DNA of 64,000 nt, from assembly GCF_006345805.1 (NCBI RefSeq), contig NC_042999.1:131502001-131566000 (forward strand), read 5' to 3'. The notes under the pieces are model-generated. The model made no database searches and was not told the DNA's origin. It saw only the letters and a list, made by a program, of their open reading frames with translations. This DNA comes from Octopus sinensis. Lineage: Eukaryota. This document shows positions 49,844 through 62,517 of the stretch, one piece after another. The first letter of the stretch is position 1. The number at the start of each line of letters is the position of its first letter. A program made the position numbers and the translations under genes.

Positions 49844-50297
49844 ACAGAGAGACGTTTTGTTTTTATTATGTATATTAGTATGCGTCTCTGTGTCTGTGTA
49901 ATTATTTGTTTCACAGATCCAAATCCAGAGAAAAAAAATGATCAATGTTGTAAAACTTAGTCAGTCACTAACTGTCGTTAGTGAATGCAAAACTAGAACA
50001 ATTAAGCAGCATGAGTCAATAAGTTATTCTAACTGTTCCATATTTAGACCATATCTCTCTGTATTTCCATAACTTTAAAAATTAGGAAGAAATTAATATT
50101 GGTTCAGTGTAGATTATACTGAGTCATGTCAATTAGCATTTCATGTGATATAATACATAAACACCATGCATGTTTATTTGGAATTATTAATTTGATAATG
50201 TGACACTGCCAATGACACAGTTTTAATAGGTAATTCCTAAGAATACAAAATGCTACCCACAATCTATCATAACGCTTATTGATATAAACTCTTTAGA

Positions 50298-50505
50298 ACG
50301 CGGTGAGCTGGTAGAATTGTTATCACGCTGGACGAAATACTTACCAGTATTTTGCCGGTTGCTACATTCTGAGTTCAAATTCTGCCGAGGTCAACTTTGC
50401 CTTTCATCCTTTCGGGAGTCGATAATTTAAATACCAGTTGCGTACTGGGATCGATCTGACTGACTGCCCCGCCTCCCCAAAAATTTCAGGCCTTGTGCTT
50501 ATAAT
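50298..50505 (+). mobile_element. SINE family A, full length
   Basis: Head, B box, core and tail are all present. Confidence 0.85.
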
Positions 50506-50520
50506 AGAAAAGGATATTAA

Positions 50521-50733
50521 CCCTTTAGCATTCATATTACTCTGTCAAATGTAATGCTTATTTATTCACATTGTTTTGAAATAATCATATATTATCTCAT
50601 AACTTCAAGATTTTGGTGATGTGACTGTATATTTTTAAAATGACATCGTAGGGTAGATGTAAGATGTAAGAGGCTAGTACAAGTTTGTACTTAAAACATT
50701 TGGGCCGATATGGACGGTTTAAATGCTAAAGGG
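50521..50733. mobile_element. piggyBac-type MITE, family A
   Basis: TIR CCCTTTAGCATT / AATGCTAAAGGG; TTAA TSDs. Confidence 0.9.
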
Positions 50734-50783
50734 TTAACATACATTGAATTTCCTTGTTAGAATTTTCTTTTCTTATAGAAGCA

Positions 50784-51117
50784 CGAGCAAAACACCCCCC
50801 GTCCAATGGACGGTGCTGAGTTGTCAAACATTTAAACCAAATTTTCTCAAAACAACTTGTCCGACCGTCCTATAGGCCTCCCCCTTGAGACACACTGATT
50901 TAACCTAAATTTGAGACACCAACAAAACAAAAAATAAAGATAGACTTTTTTTCTATTCCAAGAATCGATTTTTGTAATTTTTTCAAGACTTATACATGCC
51001 CTGATACCGTTGATATCTACATATCAAATTTGAGTGCAATCGGATGGAGGATGCCCGAAATCCTAGAAGACACACACACTCACACACACACACACACACA
51101 GAATGGATTTTATATAA
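50784..51117 (-). mobile_element. Non-autonomous Helitron/Helentron-like element
   Basis: On the minus strand: tatataaa followed by (GT)n; CCGATTGCACTCAAATTTG core; subterminal palindrome CCGTCCA-A-TGGACGG at 50799-50813. Confidence 0.6.
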
Positions 51118-52205
51118 TCATCATCATCATCATCATCATCATTTAGCGTCCGTTCTCCATGCTAGCATGGGTTGGACGGTTCAACTGGGGTCTGTGAAGC
51201 TGGAAGGCTTCATCAGGCCCAGTCAGATCTGGCAGTGTTTCTACAGCTGGATGCCCTTCCTAATGCCAACCACTCCGTGAGTGTAGTGGGTGCTTTTTAC
51301 GTGCCACCCGCACAGGTGCCAGACAGAGCTGGCAAACGGCCACGAACGGATGGTGCTTTTACATGTCACCAGCACGGGGGCCAGGCGAGGCTGGCAATGG
51401 CCATGATCGGATGGTGCTTTCACGTGCCACCAACACGGGGGCCAGACAGAGCTGGCAAACGGCCATGAAACGGATGGTGCTTTTACGTGTCACCGGCACG
51501 GGGGCCAGGCGAGGCTGGCAACGGACACGAACGGATGGTGCTTTTACGTGCCACCAACACGGGGGCCAGACAGAGCTGGCAAATGGCCATGAAACGGATG
51601 GTGCTTTTACTTGTCACCGGCACGGGGGCCAGGCGAGGCTGGCAACGGACATGAACGGATGGTGCTTTTACGTGTCACCGGCACGGGGGCCAGACAGAGC
51701 TGGCAAATGGCCACGAACAGATGGTGCTTTTACGTGTCACCGGCATGGGGGCCAGGCAAGGCTGGCAACGAACACGAACGGATGGTGCTTTTACGTGTCA
51801 CCGGCATGGGGGCGAGGCGAGGCTGGCAAACGGCCACGAACGGATGGTGCTTTTACGTGTCACCTGCACGAGGGCCCTGATGTTGATCGACCTCAATTTG
51901 GTTCTGCTTTCTGATATATGTATTGATTTGGTTTGATTTTGATTTTGACTGTTCTCACTGGTCTTGCCAGGTTTTCTCATGCACAGCATACTTCCAAAGG
52001 TCTCGGTCTCTGGTCATTTCCTTGGTGAGACCTAAAGTTCGAAGGTCGTGCTTCACAAACCTCGACCCAGGTTTTCCTGGGACACGTAAAAGCACCATCC
52101 GTTCGTGTTCATTGCCAGCCTCGCCTGGCCCCCATGCCGGTGACATGTAAAAGCACCATCCGTTCATGGCCGTTTGCCAGCTCTGTCTGGCCCCCGTGCC
52201 GGTGA
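51118..52205 (-). mobile_element. RTE 3' end with an expanded 9-unit tandem array and an inverted 5' segment
   Basis: ORF end FVKHDLRTLGLTKEMTRDRDLWKYAVHEK at 51960-52060; ~61-bp units at 51300-51865; two units in the opposite orientation at 52080-52205. Confidence 0.9.
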
Positions 52206-53954
52206 TGGGAAATATTATAGTCTTCCTTAGAATGTAAAAGAAATAACTGGGTTCTGTTGAAGAAATATGAGGTTCTGTTAATTTGAATTACAATATTTTA
52301 AAACACCTAAATTTAAGAACAGACAGAAACATGTAGTTAACGGTGGTCTGAGAAAAAGAAATGGTTATAATTAGCAAGAGTTTCAATATGGTTGCAACAC
52401 CAATGGTGTTTTCTGAGCTGTGAAACTGGGTGTGTACTGAATGATATAATAAGGTCAATAGGTGTACTGGGGCTAAGAAACATGGTGCCCTGAATATTAT
52501 TACAATGGCACTCTGGGAGTTGAGAAACTGTATGTGTTCAGAGCATTTATATAATACAGTGGAATACTGCAAGTAGTATAACAATGCATGTTCTGACCAT
52601 TATGATGTTATGGTGCATTGTAAGTGGTGAAACAGTGGTGTGATGAGCATTATAATACAGTGGAGGTTGTGATATGCAAAACAGAGTGTCTAAACCTTAT
52701 AAAATAGTGATGAATTGCGGATAGTAAAACAATGAAGAACTGAACATTATGATAGTAGTGTACTGATAGTAACAGAAGTGAAGTGATGAACATTATTATA
52801 CAGGGAGTATTGAATATTATAATATGGTTGTCATGTGGGTAGTATAACATGATGTACTGAGTATTAAAACTCCTTCAAACTTTGGCACAAAGCCAGCCAT
52901 TGTAAGGAAGAGGATAGTCAATTGCATTGATCCCAGTGCTGAACTGGTATTTATTTCCCTAACCCTGTAAGGAAAAAAGACAAAAAAATCACCCTTGCCA
53001 GTATTTGAACTCAGAATGTAATAAGCCAGAAAAAATGAAGCTAAGCATTTTGTCCATCATGCTAATAATTATACCAGCTCACTGCCTCACTGAGCAGTAT
53101 AATCCTTTCTACTATAGGTAAAAGGCCTGAAATTTGGGGGTGGGAACATTGATCCCAGTGCTCAGCTGGTACTTATTTTATCAACCCTGGAAGGATGAAA
53201 GGCAAAGTCAACCTCAGTAGAATTTGAATTCAGAATGTGAAGACAGACAAAATATAGCTAAGCATTTTGCCCAGCATGATAATGATTCTGCCAGCTCAGT
53301 GCTTTCATCACTGAGCATTATAACATAATGGTTTACAGCGCAATGGTGTAATTTTGGTAGTTAGTAAAATAGGGTGTACCTAATATTATAATACAGGGGT
53401 ATACTATGGAGTGGGAAATATGGTGTTCTCAATATTGTAATTAAGTGAACTTGGACTTAGTTTTGTCAAATAAATGCCAAGTTTAAATGACAGAGCACCA
53501 TTTTTATAAATAGTTCAGAAAATGCAAAAGAAAGAAAGAAAGAAGAGGAAAAGACAAAAGAAATTGCAATGATATAATCACCAGCTGCTGTGCTGTTTGT
53601 GAAACTTACTATAGTGCTGAAATAATATTCAGCTGCACTGAGTATTAAAAGGATGTTAGAAAATTTTGTATGTACCAATCTGCTTCTGTGTGTGTTGACG
53701 TGTATGTTGATGTGTACTAACACTTTACTAATACACAATCGCAACATAAAATAAGGTTTCTTTCACTGAAAAGTAACTTGTATGCTTAGAGCTGTCATTG
53801 AGAAATTGGGTTTGTAGCTTGATGCTCTAACTATGCAACTGTGAAGCTGAAGTAGAACATGTTTTGTGTTAACCAGGCAGGCAAACAGAAACATAATTAT
53901 AAAATTACCTGTTGTTCAATGGCTGATTGTTTGTCATAGTAAGGTTTATAAGGT

Positions 53955-54044
53955 TTGAACTCATTAGTATACATGCATATGGAGAAAAGCTCAGCATCTT
54001 ACCTCCATATATGTACGTGTGTGTGTGTGTGTGAGTGTGTGAGT

Positions 54045-54089
<45 letters not shown>

Positions 54090-54360
54090 AGTTTTTACAT
54101 GTAAAATTTAATATATATTCAACTAAAAATATTGGGTAATCCTTCAGTTTAATGTTAATTTTCTTTTAATAAATAACTTCATGTAAAAGCATTTATACAG
54201 GCATACACATATCCATCCATCTATCTATCCCCCCCACACACACATGCACATACATACATACATACATACATACATACATACATACATACATACATACATA
54301 CATACATACATACATACATACATACATGCATGCATGCATGCATACATGCATGCAAACATA
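53955..54360. repeat. (GT)n and (CATA)n microsatellites; (TTA)n at 20910-20965
   Basis: Direct reading. Confidence 0.95.
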
Positions 54361-54400
54361 GTACAGGTCCTGATCAGGTAGAAAATCAGTGTATTCCAAA

Positions 54401-54610
54401 CTTGGGTACTAAAAGTATCCAGCCCACGAGTCGAATAGAAAAGATAGTGGTAGATGTGAAGATAGAGCATCTTTAGAAAACAGTGTTGCTTGGAACTGCA
54501 CAAATTCTCTACAGGGTTCTTGAAATCTGAACCTTGAGGAAAATTGAAAGTCCACTGGTGCAGGTACATCACTGATAAATGCAATGGCAAAAACAACAAC
54601 AACAATAATA
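54401..54610 (+). mobile_element. Short second copy of the same R4-like terminus, with an (AAC)n(AAT)n tail
   Basis: 54401-54531 is ~94% identical (by eye) to 54861-54991. Confidence 0.8.
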
Positions 54611-54624
54611 ATTCATATAAAAAT

Positions 54625-55080
54625 ACTGTCAGATGTAATGATCCAATGTGACCATAAAATTTAACATCAAAAGTTGGATATAGTGGTTGTGAATAAAAAA
54701 GGTAGAAAAACCTTGTTCAATCATTGATATTGCTTGTGCTGGTGTTAGCAAAAGAATTAGGAAAAGAAGACAAGCAGGTCAGATATTATGATGCAAAGAG
54801 AGAAATAAAGAAACTGTGGTCATTGAAGAAGATGAGTGTTAAATCTGTTTTTGTTGGAGCCTTGGGTACCAAAAGTATCAAGCCCACGAATCGGATAGAA
54901 AAGATAGTGGTAGATGTGAAGATAGAGCATCTGCAGAAAACAATGTTGCTTGGAACTGCACAAATTCTCTACAGGGTTCTTGAAATCTGAATTTAAAGTG
55001 TTACCGTAGTCTATTGGTCATGAAGAGCTGACACTTTGCTGCATTCCCCACTGAAATTGCAGCATTAAACAAAATTAATA
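54625..55080 (+). mobile_element. R4/Dong-type non-LTR retrotransposon 3' end (restriction-like endonuclease domain)
   Basis: IQCDHKI..KLDIVVV.K, IIDIAC, REIKKLW.LKK.SV..V.VGALG and IEHLQKTMLLGTAQIL.RVL match the PD-(D/E)xK RLE C-terminus of R4-clade elements. Confidence 0.8.
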
Positions 55081-55393
55081 ATACATATAAACATTCATAT
55101 TCCCTTTTATTAAAATAAAATAAACTCAACTAATCTCCTGAACTGAATATTGATTTCAATTTTTGGCACAAAGCCAACAATTCCAGGGGTTGTGGTAAAT
55201 CGATTACATCAACTCCAGCGCTGAGCTGGTACTTATTCTATCAGCCTTGAAAGGATGAAAGGCAAAGTTGTCCTTAGTGGAGTTTGAACTCAGAACATAA
55301 AGAGAGACAAAATTCTACTAAGCATTTTGCCCAGTGTGCTAACAATTCAACCAGTTCACTGCCTTCATTTGAATTTAATATTAAAATGGGAAA

Positions 55394-55611
55394 AAATAAG
55401 GCAGTGAACTGGCAGAATCATTGGCACGCTAGGCAAAATGCTTTACAATATTTCATTCATCTTTACACTTCTGAGTTCAAATTCCACCAAGGTCAACTTT
55501 ACTTTTTATCTTTTCAGGAATGATCAAATAAGTACCAGTTGACCAGGGGTATTAATGTAATCAACTTACCTGCTTCCCTGAAACTACTGGCCATGTGCCA
55601 AAATTTGAAAC
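55394..55611 (+). mobile_element. SINE family A flanked by an 18-bp direct repeat (probable TSD)
   Basis: TAATATTAAAATGGGAAA at 55376-55393 and 55612-55629. Confidence 0.75.
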
Positions 55612-55629
55612 TAATATTAAAATGGGAAA

Positions 55630-55915
55630 TCATCATCATCATCGTTTAGCGTTCGCTTTCCATGCTAGCATGGGTTGGACAGTTCAACTGGGGTCTGGGA
55701 AGCCAGAAGGCTGCACCAGGCCCAGTCTGATCTGGCAATGTTTCTACGGCTGGATGCCCTTCCTAACGCCAACCACTCCGTGAGTCTAGTGGGTGCTTTT
55801 ACGTGCCAGACGAGGCTGGCAAACAGCCATGATCGGATGGTGCTTTTTACATGCCAGTCAGGATGGCACTGGCAACGGCCACGTTCAGATGGTTTTCTTA
55901 CGTACCACCGGCACT
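55630..55915 (-). mobile_element. RTE 3' UTR with collapsed repeat units
   Basis: Same terminus as 51118-51300. Confidence 0.85.
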
Positions 55916-56269
55916 ATCTTACACAAAACGGCAGTGATTACCATTCATTTCAAAAACATTAATGGGTCAGTAATGTTGCAAGGGCAAATGTGCAGAGTCA
56001 TTTGATTATCTAATGCGATTGGCATCATAACTTTGTCTTTCTTCATTGTCTAACAAAAGAGTCAAATAACTGTTTAATGAATTGTCATTAAAAATTTCTT
56101 ATAGATGTGGTTGTGTGATTTAGAAGTTGCTTTCTGGCAACATTATCATGCCACTGAGTGGCACCTTGGGCAAGTGTCTTCTACAAAAGCCTTGGGTTGA
56201 TCAAAGCCTTGTGAGTGAATTTAGTGGATGGAAATTGAAAGAAGTGTATCATGTATGTGTGTGTATATA

Positions 56270-57540
56270 TACAGTAGTGGTCACAGCTAATCAAAAAGTT
56301 AGCTTCACTAACCGCTAATTTGCTAACTAAAAGAGTTTGCTTTGCAAACACTAAATCGCTAGACAAGTAAACAAATTAGTGAAAGCTAATGCTAAACGAT
56401 AACTGCTAATTTTTATCATATGAATTTAGTTTCGGTTTGGTGTTTTGGCACTAAAACCCCTAAAAACAGAGCTAGAGAGCTGAAATTTTCATGTTGTAGC
56501 TTAGACATAGAGCTTTCCAAAAGGACATAGCATATCAAGATCAGATGATGATCAAGGTGTATGCAAATTAAACGAACAAATGTAATTAAACATTAGCTTC
56601 CAGTCAGCATACACTTTATTTACTGTACAAAAAGTATTAATGAATCAAGAAGGGATAGTATAACATAGGTATCATGCCAAGATCAGATGATGATCAAGGT
56701 GTACTACTCTGGCTGAGCCTTCTCCATTGTCTTGACGTGATGCTGATTGCCCTTCATAAACATCAGCCTCTCAAAGTTACCATCTGAAAGGGTAGCCCTT
56801 TTGGCCCTCAAATTATCTTTGCCTATAAAGAATAGGTGCTCAACTGCAGCACTGGATGGGATGGCAGTGTTATACTAGGTGAACAGGTCAATTAAGACCT
56901 GCTCACCCAAAAAGGTGACTTCAGTCAGGACCTCCTTCAAGATGGCTTCCAGCCAGGTCTTCACCAAGTTCTGTGCCTTGGATTTCAGTGGCTTGTGGCT
57001 CCTGCTCTTCCAAAACCGAGTGATGTTGCTGAAGAAATCATCTTCCTTATCCTCGTTGCTGGTGGTGCTGCTGTCCTCCTCATTGATCTCCATTAGGGCT
57101 GTCTCTATGATGGTCTCCATGGAGTTCATTACTCTCTTAACTTGGCTGTTATTATACTGCTCCAGCCAGAACAAGTGAAACTTGGCATGAAAGGTAGCGG
57201 CCAGCTGGCACTCCAGGTCTTCTAAGAGGAGCCCAAACTTTTTCGAGATGCCTGCCAGTATCGTATGTACCAGAGAACTGCAGTACAGGAGATGTTTGAA
57301 CTTAGCCTTCTTCAACTTCATGACGGTAGCCACTACAGTTGGCAGAAGGTACCTGAGATAAGCCTGGTTCTCCCCCTGTATTTTATCCAAGGTCTTGGCA
57401 ACATTAGCTATCACCCGGGTGTACTCTGGAAGCTGACATCAGAATCAATGAAGATCTACAGCTTCAGCTGTGTCATCACCCTGAAGACAGATACCCTTTT
57501 CTTCTCCTGCAGGTTGTTGAGGACAACAACAGAGTCATAG
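56270..57540 (-). mobile_element. hAT transposon fragment: transposase C-terminal region with dimerisation domain, plus one end
   Basis: ORF 56875-57414 continues past a single TAG into YNTAIPSSAAVEHLFFIG..LRAKRATLSDGNFERLMFMK (stop at 56704-56706). Clustered GCTAA/TTAGC subterminal repeats at 56285-56410. Confidence 0.85.
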
Positions 57541-58708
57541 GTATTACTTAATTTGCTTTGCAGGAGCAACTGTTTTATCAAAAGTGTATATTGTTGTTAA
57601 ATGCTCAAAATATGAGACTAGAAAAAACAACTAACAACTGATGAAGGGTCATTTTTATGTTGTTTGTTTTGTTTTCCATTTGTGTCTTTCATTGTTTAAA
57701 AGAATAGTTTATATTCCATGTACTTGTGCTTCATACTTTTTTGTTGTACATGTTTCATGACATCCTATGCCCACATATGCATATATATATATATATATAT
57801 ATATACACGTATAGATGTATGTACATATACATATAAATATATGCATATATATATATATATATTATATATATATATTATTTATCACACAGTTTCAGGTTCA
57901 GTCCCACTGTGTGACACCTTGGGCAAGTGCCTTCTTCTATAGCGTTGGGCCGACCAAAGCCTTATGAGTGGGTTTGGCAGACGAAAACTGAAAGAAGCTC
58001 GTCATATGTGTGTGTGTGTGTGTATGTGTGTGTGTCTTTGTGTCTATGTTTGTCCCCTCACCACCTCTTGACAACCAGTGCTGGTGTGTTTATGACCCTG
58101 TAACTTAGCAGTTCGCCAAAAAAGACCGATAAGTACTAGGCTTTTGAAAAATAAGTACTGGGGTCGATACATTCGACTAGAAATTCCTCAAGGTGGTACC
58201 CCAGCATGGCCACAGTCTAATGACGGAAACAAGTAAAAGAAGATAAATAACGCTTCAGTAATTTACTGTTTTTAATTCCCCCCATTTCATGTAGTTAAGA
58301 ATTAATACACAACTGTTGGCTATGAGTAAAGTGCCAAACAACCATTAATCATGCTGATAGGAAAATATGACAGCAGCAAAACAAGTTCAATCTAATTTGT
58401 TTGAATCGATAGATAAAATGTTTTTGATAGCTAAAACAAGTTAGATAATTTGTAGACAAATCATAATTATTTCCCTTATGTACAGCCATATTTTATGAGT
58501 TTTCTTTTCTGATTTAACTAAAACATTACTGCTGACTGACTGGATACTGTCATTCAAGCAGTCACAGACAGATATGTTGTAATGTACGTGTTCTCTGTAA
58601 CTTATGTAGAATGCATGATATTAATGAAAGGATGGAACCAATTCATAAATATTCTCCAGATAAACTGTAATTCCTTGAATTAGTAGAACTTTCGTATTAA
58701 GTTACTTT

Positions 58709-58740
<32 letters not shown>

Positions 58741-60295
58741 AGTATATATAAGTGAAAGTATTTAATTTTTTTAATAAAATGTAGGGCCACTGCAAGGGAT
58801 CAATGAATCAAGTTAGAAATGTTTTGATAATGATGTAATTAGAATATCTGATAACATTACCAAAATATTACAGGATAGGTGGAACAGTTGAAAGTTAAAA
58901 GCTGCAGAAATTATCCCAACATATCTTATTCCACAACCAGAAAATAAGATCATTCAAAATGGCTGGCTTGAAAATAGACTTTTCTGTTGAGAATAAAATA
59001 AAAGGAATGATATAAACTAAACTACTTTAACAAGTTTAAATTGAACGGAAAATATTTAAACCTGTTATAGAATTTATTTTAGATGTTTCTCTTTCAAAAT
59101 TGTTAACTGGTGAGTCACGGAAGGAATAATAGAAAGAAAACCCAAACTATGTAATTTCTGTGCTTATATAACTTAATTACTTAATTCACACACGCATACA
59201 CACATAGGGCACAAAATTGGTAGAATTCTTGGCTAAATGCCTTGAAGTATTTAGTTACTTCTCTTTATATTCCTAGTTCAAATCTTCAATAAGTAGCATA
59301 AAAGTAAAATATTGAAGTTGATTCAATTAACTACATATTACCTCCCCACATTAAAGATGTGGCTTTGTGCCAATGTGAGAAATTATTATTGTTTCTAGGA
59401 TGGTGGATGTAATGTCAGTATTCTGCAGTATTTATTTTGTGTTCAAATCTCGCAGGAGTTAACTTTGGCTTTCATTTCATTGGGTAGATAGAATAAACAC
59501 CAGTCAAATATTCAGGTTGATTAAATCAACTACACCAATCTCCAGAACTCTGAGACTTTGTGTGTACGTTAGAAATCATCATCGTCATCATCATCATTAT
59601 TATCATTATCAAGGTAGCGAGCTGGCAGAATCGTTAGCATGCTGGATGAAATGCTTAGCAGTATTTCACCTGTCACTATATTCTGAGTTCAGAATCTGCC
59701 AAGTTCAACTTTGCCATTCATTCTTTAAAGAGACAAACTGGCAGAATTGTTAACATGCCAGGCAAAATGCATAGCAGCATTTTATCCATCATTACACTGT
59801 CTGCTCAGATTCCACCAGGGTTGACTTTGCTTTTCATCCTTTCAGAGTCAATAAAATAAGTACCAGTTGAGCACTGGGGTTAATGTAATTGACTTAGCTC
59901 CTCCCTGAATTGCTAGCCCTGTACCAAAATTTGAAACCATTATTATTATTATTATTATTGTGAGGGTGCATGGTCTAGTGTTTAGTGTGTTGCACTTACA
60001 GTTGCTAGACTGGAATTTCAATTCCTAAACCAGGTCATGCATTGTGTTCTTGAGCAAAACATTTCATCTCATGTTGCTTTGCGATCACTTTGACACCTAA
60101 CATGTGGCACACCATGCACTTGTTCAGACAATGTCAATTTGATGGAGAGACTGAGCTACAATGCAGCACAAACATTTGACCACTATAAAAAAAATCATTT
60201 GTGCAGGTCATTTGGCAAAAGCTGAACTCATATGTCATCTTCAACAGAAGGTGAGTCCATCATTTTTATAATAATAATATTGTTATTATTTTACA

Positions 60296-61970
60296 AGTAC
60301 AGTGAAGAATTCAGGGTAGAGGTAGGGGTTCACCAAGGTTCAGTCCTCAGCCTCCTCCTATTTATCATAGTCCCCCAGGCCATAATGGAGGAATTCAAAA
60401 CAGGATGCCCCTGTGAGCTCCTCTATGCTGATGACCTTGCTCTAATTGCTGAGTCACTATCAGAACTAGAGGAGAAGTTTCAAGTGTGGAAACAAGGATT
60501 AGAATTGAAGGGCCTCAGAGTCAACCTAGCTAAAACCAAAGTCCTAATAAGTAGGAAGGCAGACAAACCACAAATCCCTTCAGGTAGATGGCTCTGCTCG
60601 ATCTGTAGAAAAGGCATAGGTAGAAACTCTATAAGATGTACCCAGTGTAAGCTATGGACATATAAGAGGTGCAGCAATATCAAAGGAAGGCTAACTGGGA
60701 GGATAGTTTTTGTATTTGGCAGATGCTTGGAAGCAATAAATAACACTGAAAATGTGCAGAGAACAACTTCCACCACATTCCAGAGAGAAAAACTAGAAGT
60801 ATTTGATAGCTTCCATTACCTAGGTGACCAAGTCAGTAGCTAGGGAGGGTGTGCTGAAAGTGTAGCTGCTAGAATACGAATAGCCTGGGCTAAGTTCAGA
60901 GAGCTCTTACCTCTGCTGGTGACAAAGGGCCTCTTGCTCAGAGTAAAAGGTAGACTGTACGATGCATGTGTATGAACAGCCATGCTATATGGCAGTGAAA
61001 CATGGGCCGTGACTGTTGAGGACATGCGTAAGCTTGCAAAGAATGAAGCCAGTATGCTTCGATGGATGTGTAATGTCAGTGTACATACTCGACAGAGTGT
61101 TAGTGCCTTGAGAGAAAAGTTGGACCTAAGAAGCATCAGATGTGGTGCGCAAGAGAGATGACTGCGCTGGTATGGTCATGTGTCAAGAATGGATGTGGAT
61201 AGGTGTGTGAAAAAGTGCCACACCCTAAAAGTTGAGGGAACTTGTGGAAGAGGTAGACCCAAGAAGACCTGGGATGAGGTGGTAAAGCATGGCTTTTGAA
61301 TATTGGGCCTCACCAAGGCAATGACTAGTGACCGAGACCTTTGGAAATATGCTGTGCTTGAGAAGACTCGACAAGCGCAAGTGAGACCACAACCTCATGG
61401 TCTATGCCAGGGGTGAGACCAGTCCACTTATGCGTACCTTTCCTTCATTGGACACTAAACTTTGCTTGTGAAGACCTGTTGAGGCAAGTGAAATTGAAAT
61501 CGAAATCAAAGACTGGCATCCTTGCTAGTGGAGCGCTAACAGTACCATATGAGCAAGATTTTTGCCAGAGTAACAAGCTGACCTCCGTGCCGATGGCACG
61601 TAAAAAGCATCATTCAGGTGTGATCGTTACCTGCGTTGCCTTACTAGCACTTATGCTGGTGGCATGTGAAAAAACATTCGAGTGAGGTTGTTGCCAGTGC
61701 TGCTAGACTGGCTCTTGTGCAGGTGGCACATAAAAAGCACCATTTGAGTGCAGCCGTTGCCAGTACTGCCTGACTGGCCCTCGTGCTGGTGGCACGTAAA
61801 AGCACCCACTACATTCTTGGAGTGGTTGGCATTAGGAAAGGCCACCAACTGTAGAAACTATACCAGATCAGATTGGAGTCTGGTGCAGCCATCTGGTTTG
61901 CTAGACCTCAGTCAAATTGTCCAACTCATGCTAGCATGGAAAGTGGATGTTAAACAATGATGATGATGAT
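60296..61970 (+). mobile_element. 5'-truncated RTE-clade LINE (RT, PHD-like finger, C-terminus, 3' UTR, (GAT)n tail)
   Basis: GVHQGSVLS..LF, LLYADDLAL, GL.VN..KTK, F.YLG, MLYGSETW, LRWYGHV.RM, GRGRP.KTW; several in-frame stops; ends GTTAAAC-(GAT)n. Confidence 0.95.
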
Positions 61971-62517
61971 ACAAAAGCTACTACATGCTAATTTAATTAG
62001 CAGGAATGTTATCCCGAGGATTGGTGACCAGCTACCTCAAATCTCAAGAATCATTTTTTATGAATCTTGTAAAATAAGGATTGCACTTTTCTGTAGGTCA
62101 AAAATACTTGTCACAATTCCAATCCTTCAGACAGTTTGGACATCTTGCTAAGTGTACCAATTACCATAGGGACAAATGATGTGCCTTGATCCTGGGTGGT
62201 TATAATTAGCGATTCAGTTTCTCATTTCAGGTTTTTGTCCCTCAGCTACAACTATCATTCTTTACTTCTAACATGTATTGCTTGTTGCACGAATTGCCTA
62301 TTAAGTCCCTTCTCTTTCCAGCTATTAATTGTTAATACGTTACCTTTGTATTCCAGTTCTAAGAACAACCCATCTCCTTAAATTCGACGAACTATTGACA
62401 ACTTGTGTTCCCAATCTCATGATTCCTAACACTATTTCCTTTCAGACACATTAAAGAAAGTTATAAGTGCCCTAACATTTTTATTGTATGCTCGTTCTGT
62501 CATAGGACCTTCTAAAT

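Noticed and set aside
51172-52167. Overlapping ORFs and a CRISPR-like appearance of the 61-bp array
   Set aside because: Units are contiguous tandem repeats without unique spacers, lie in an RTE 3' UTR, and have no cas genes nearby; the ORFs are GC-rich repeat read-through. The same applies to ORFs at 27200-27578, 28931-29379 and 48273-48987.
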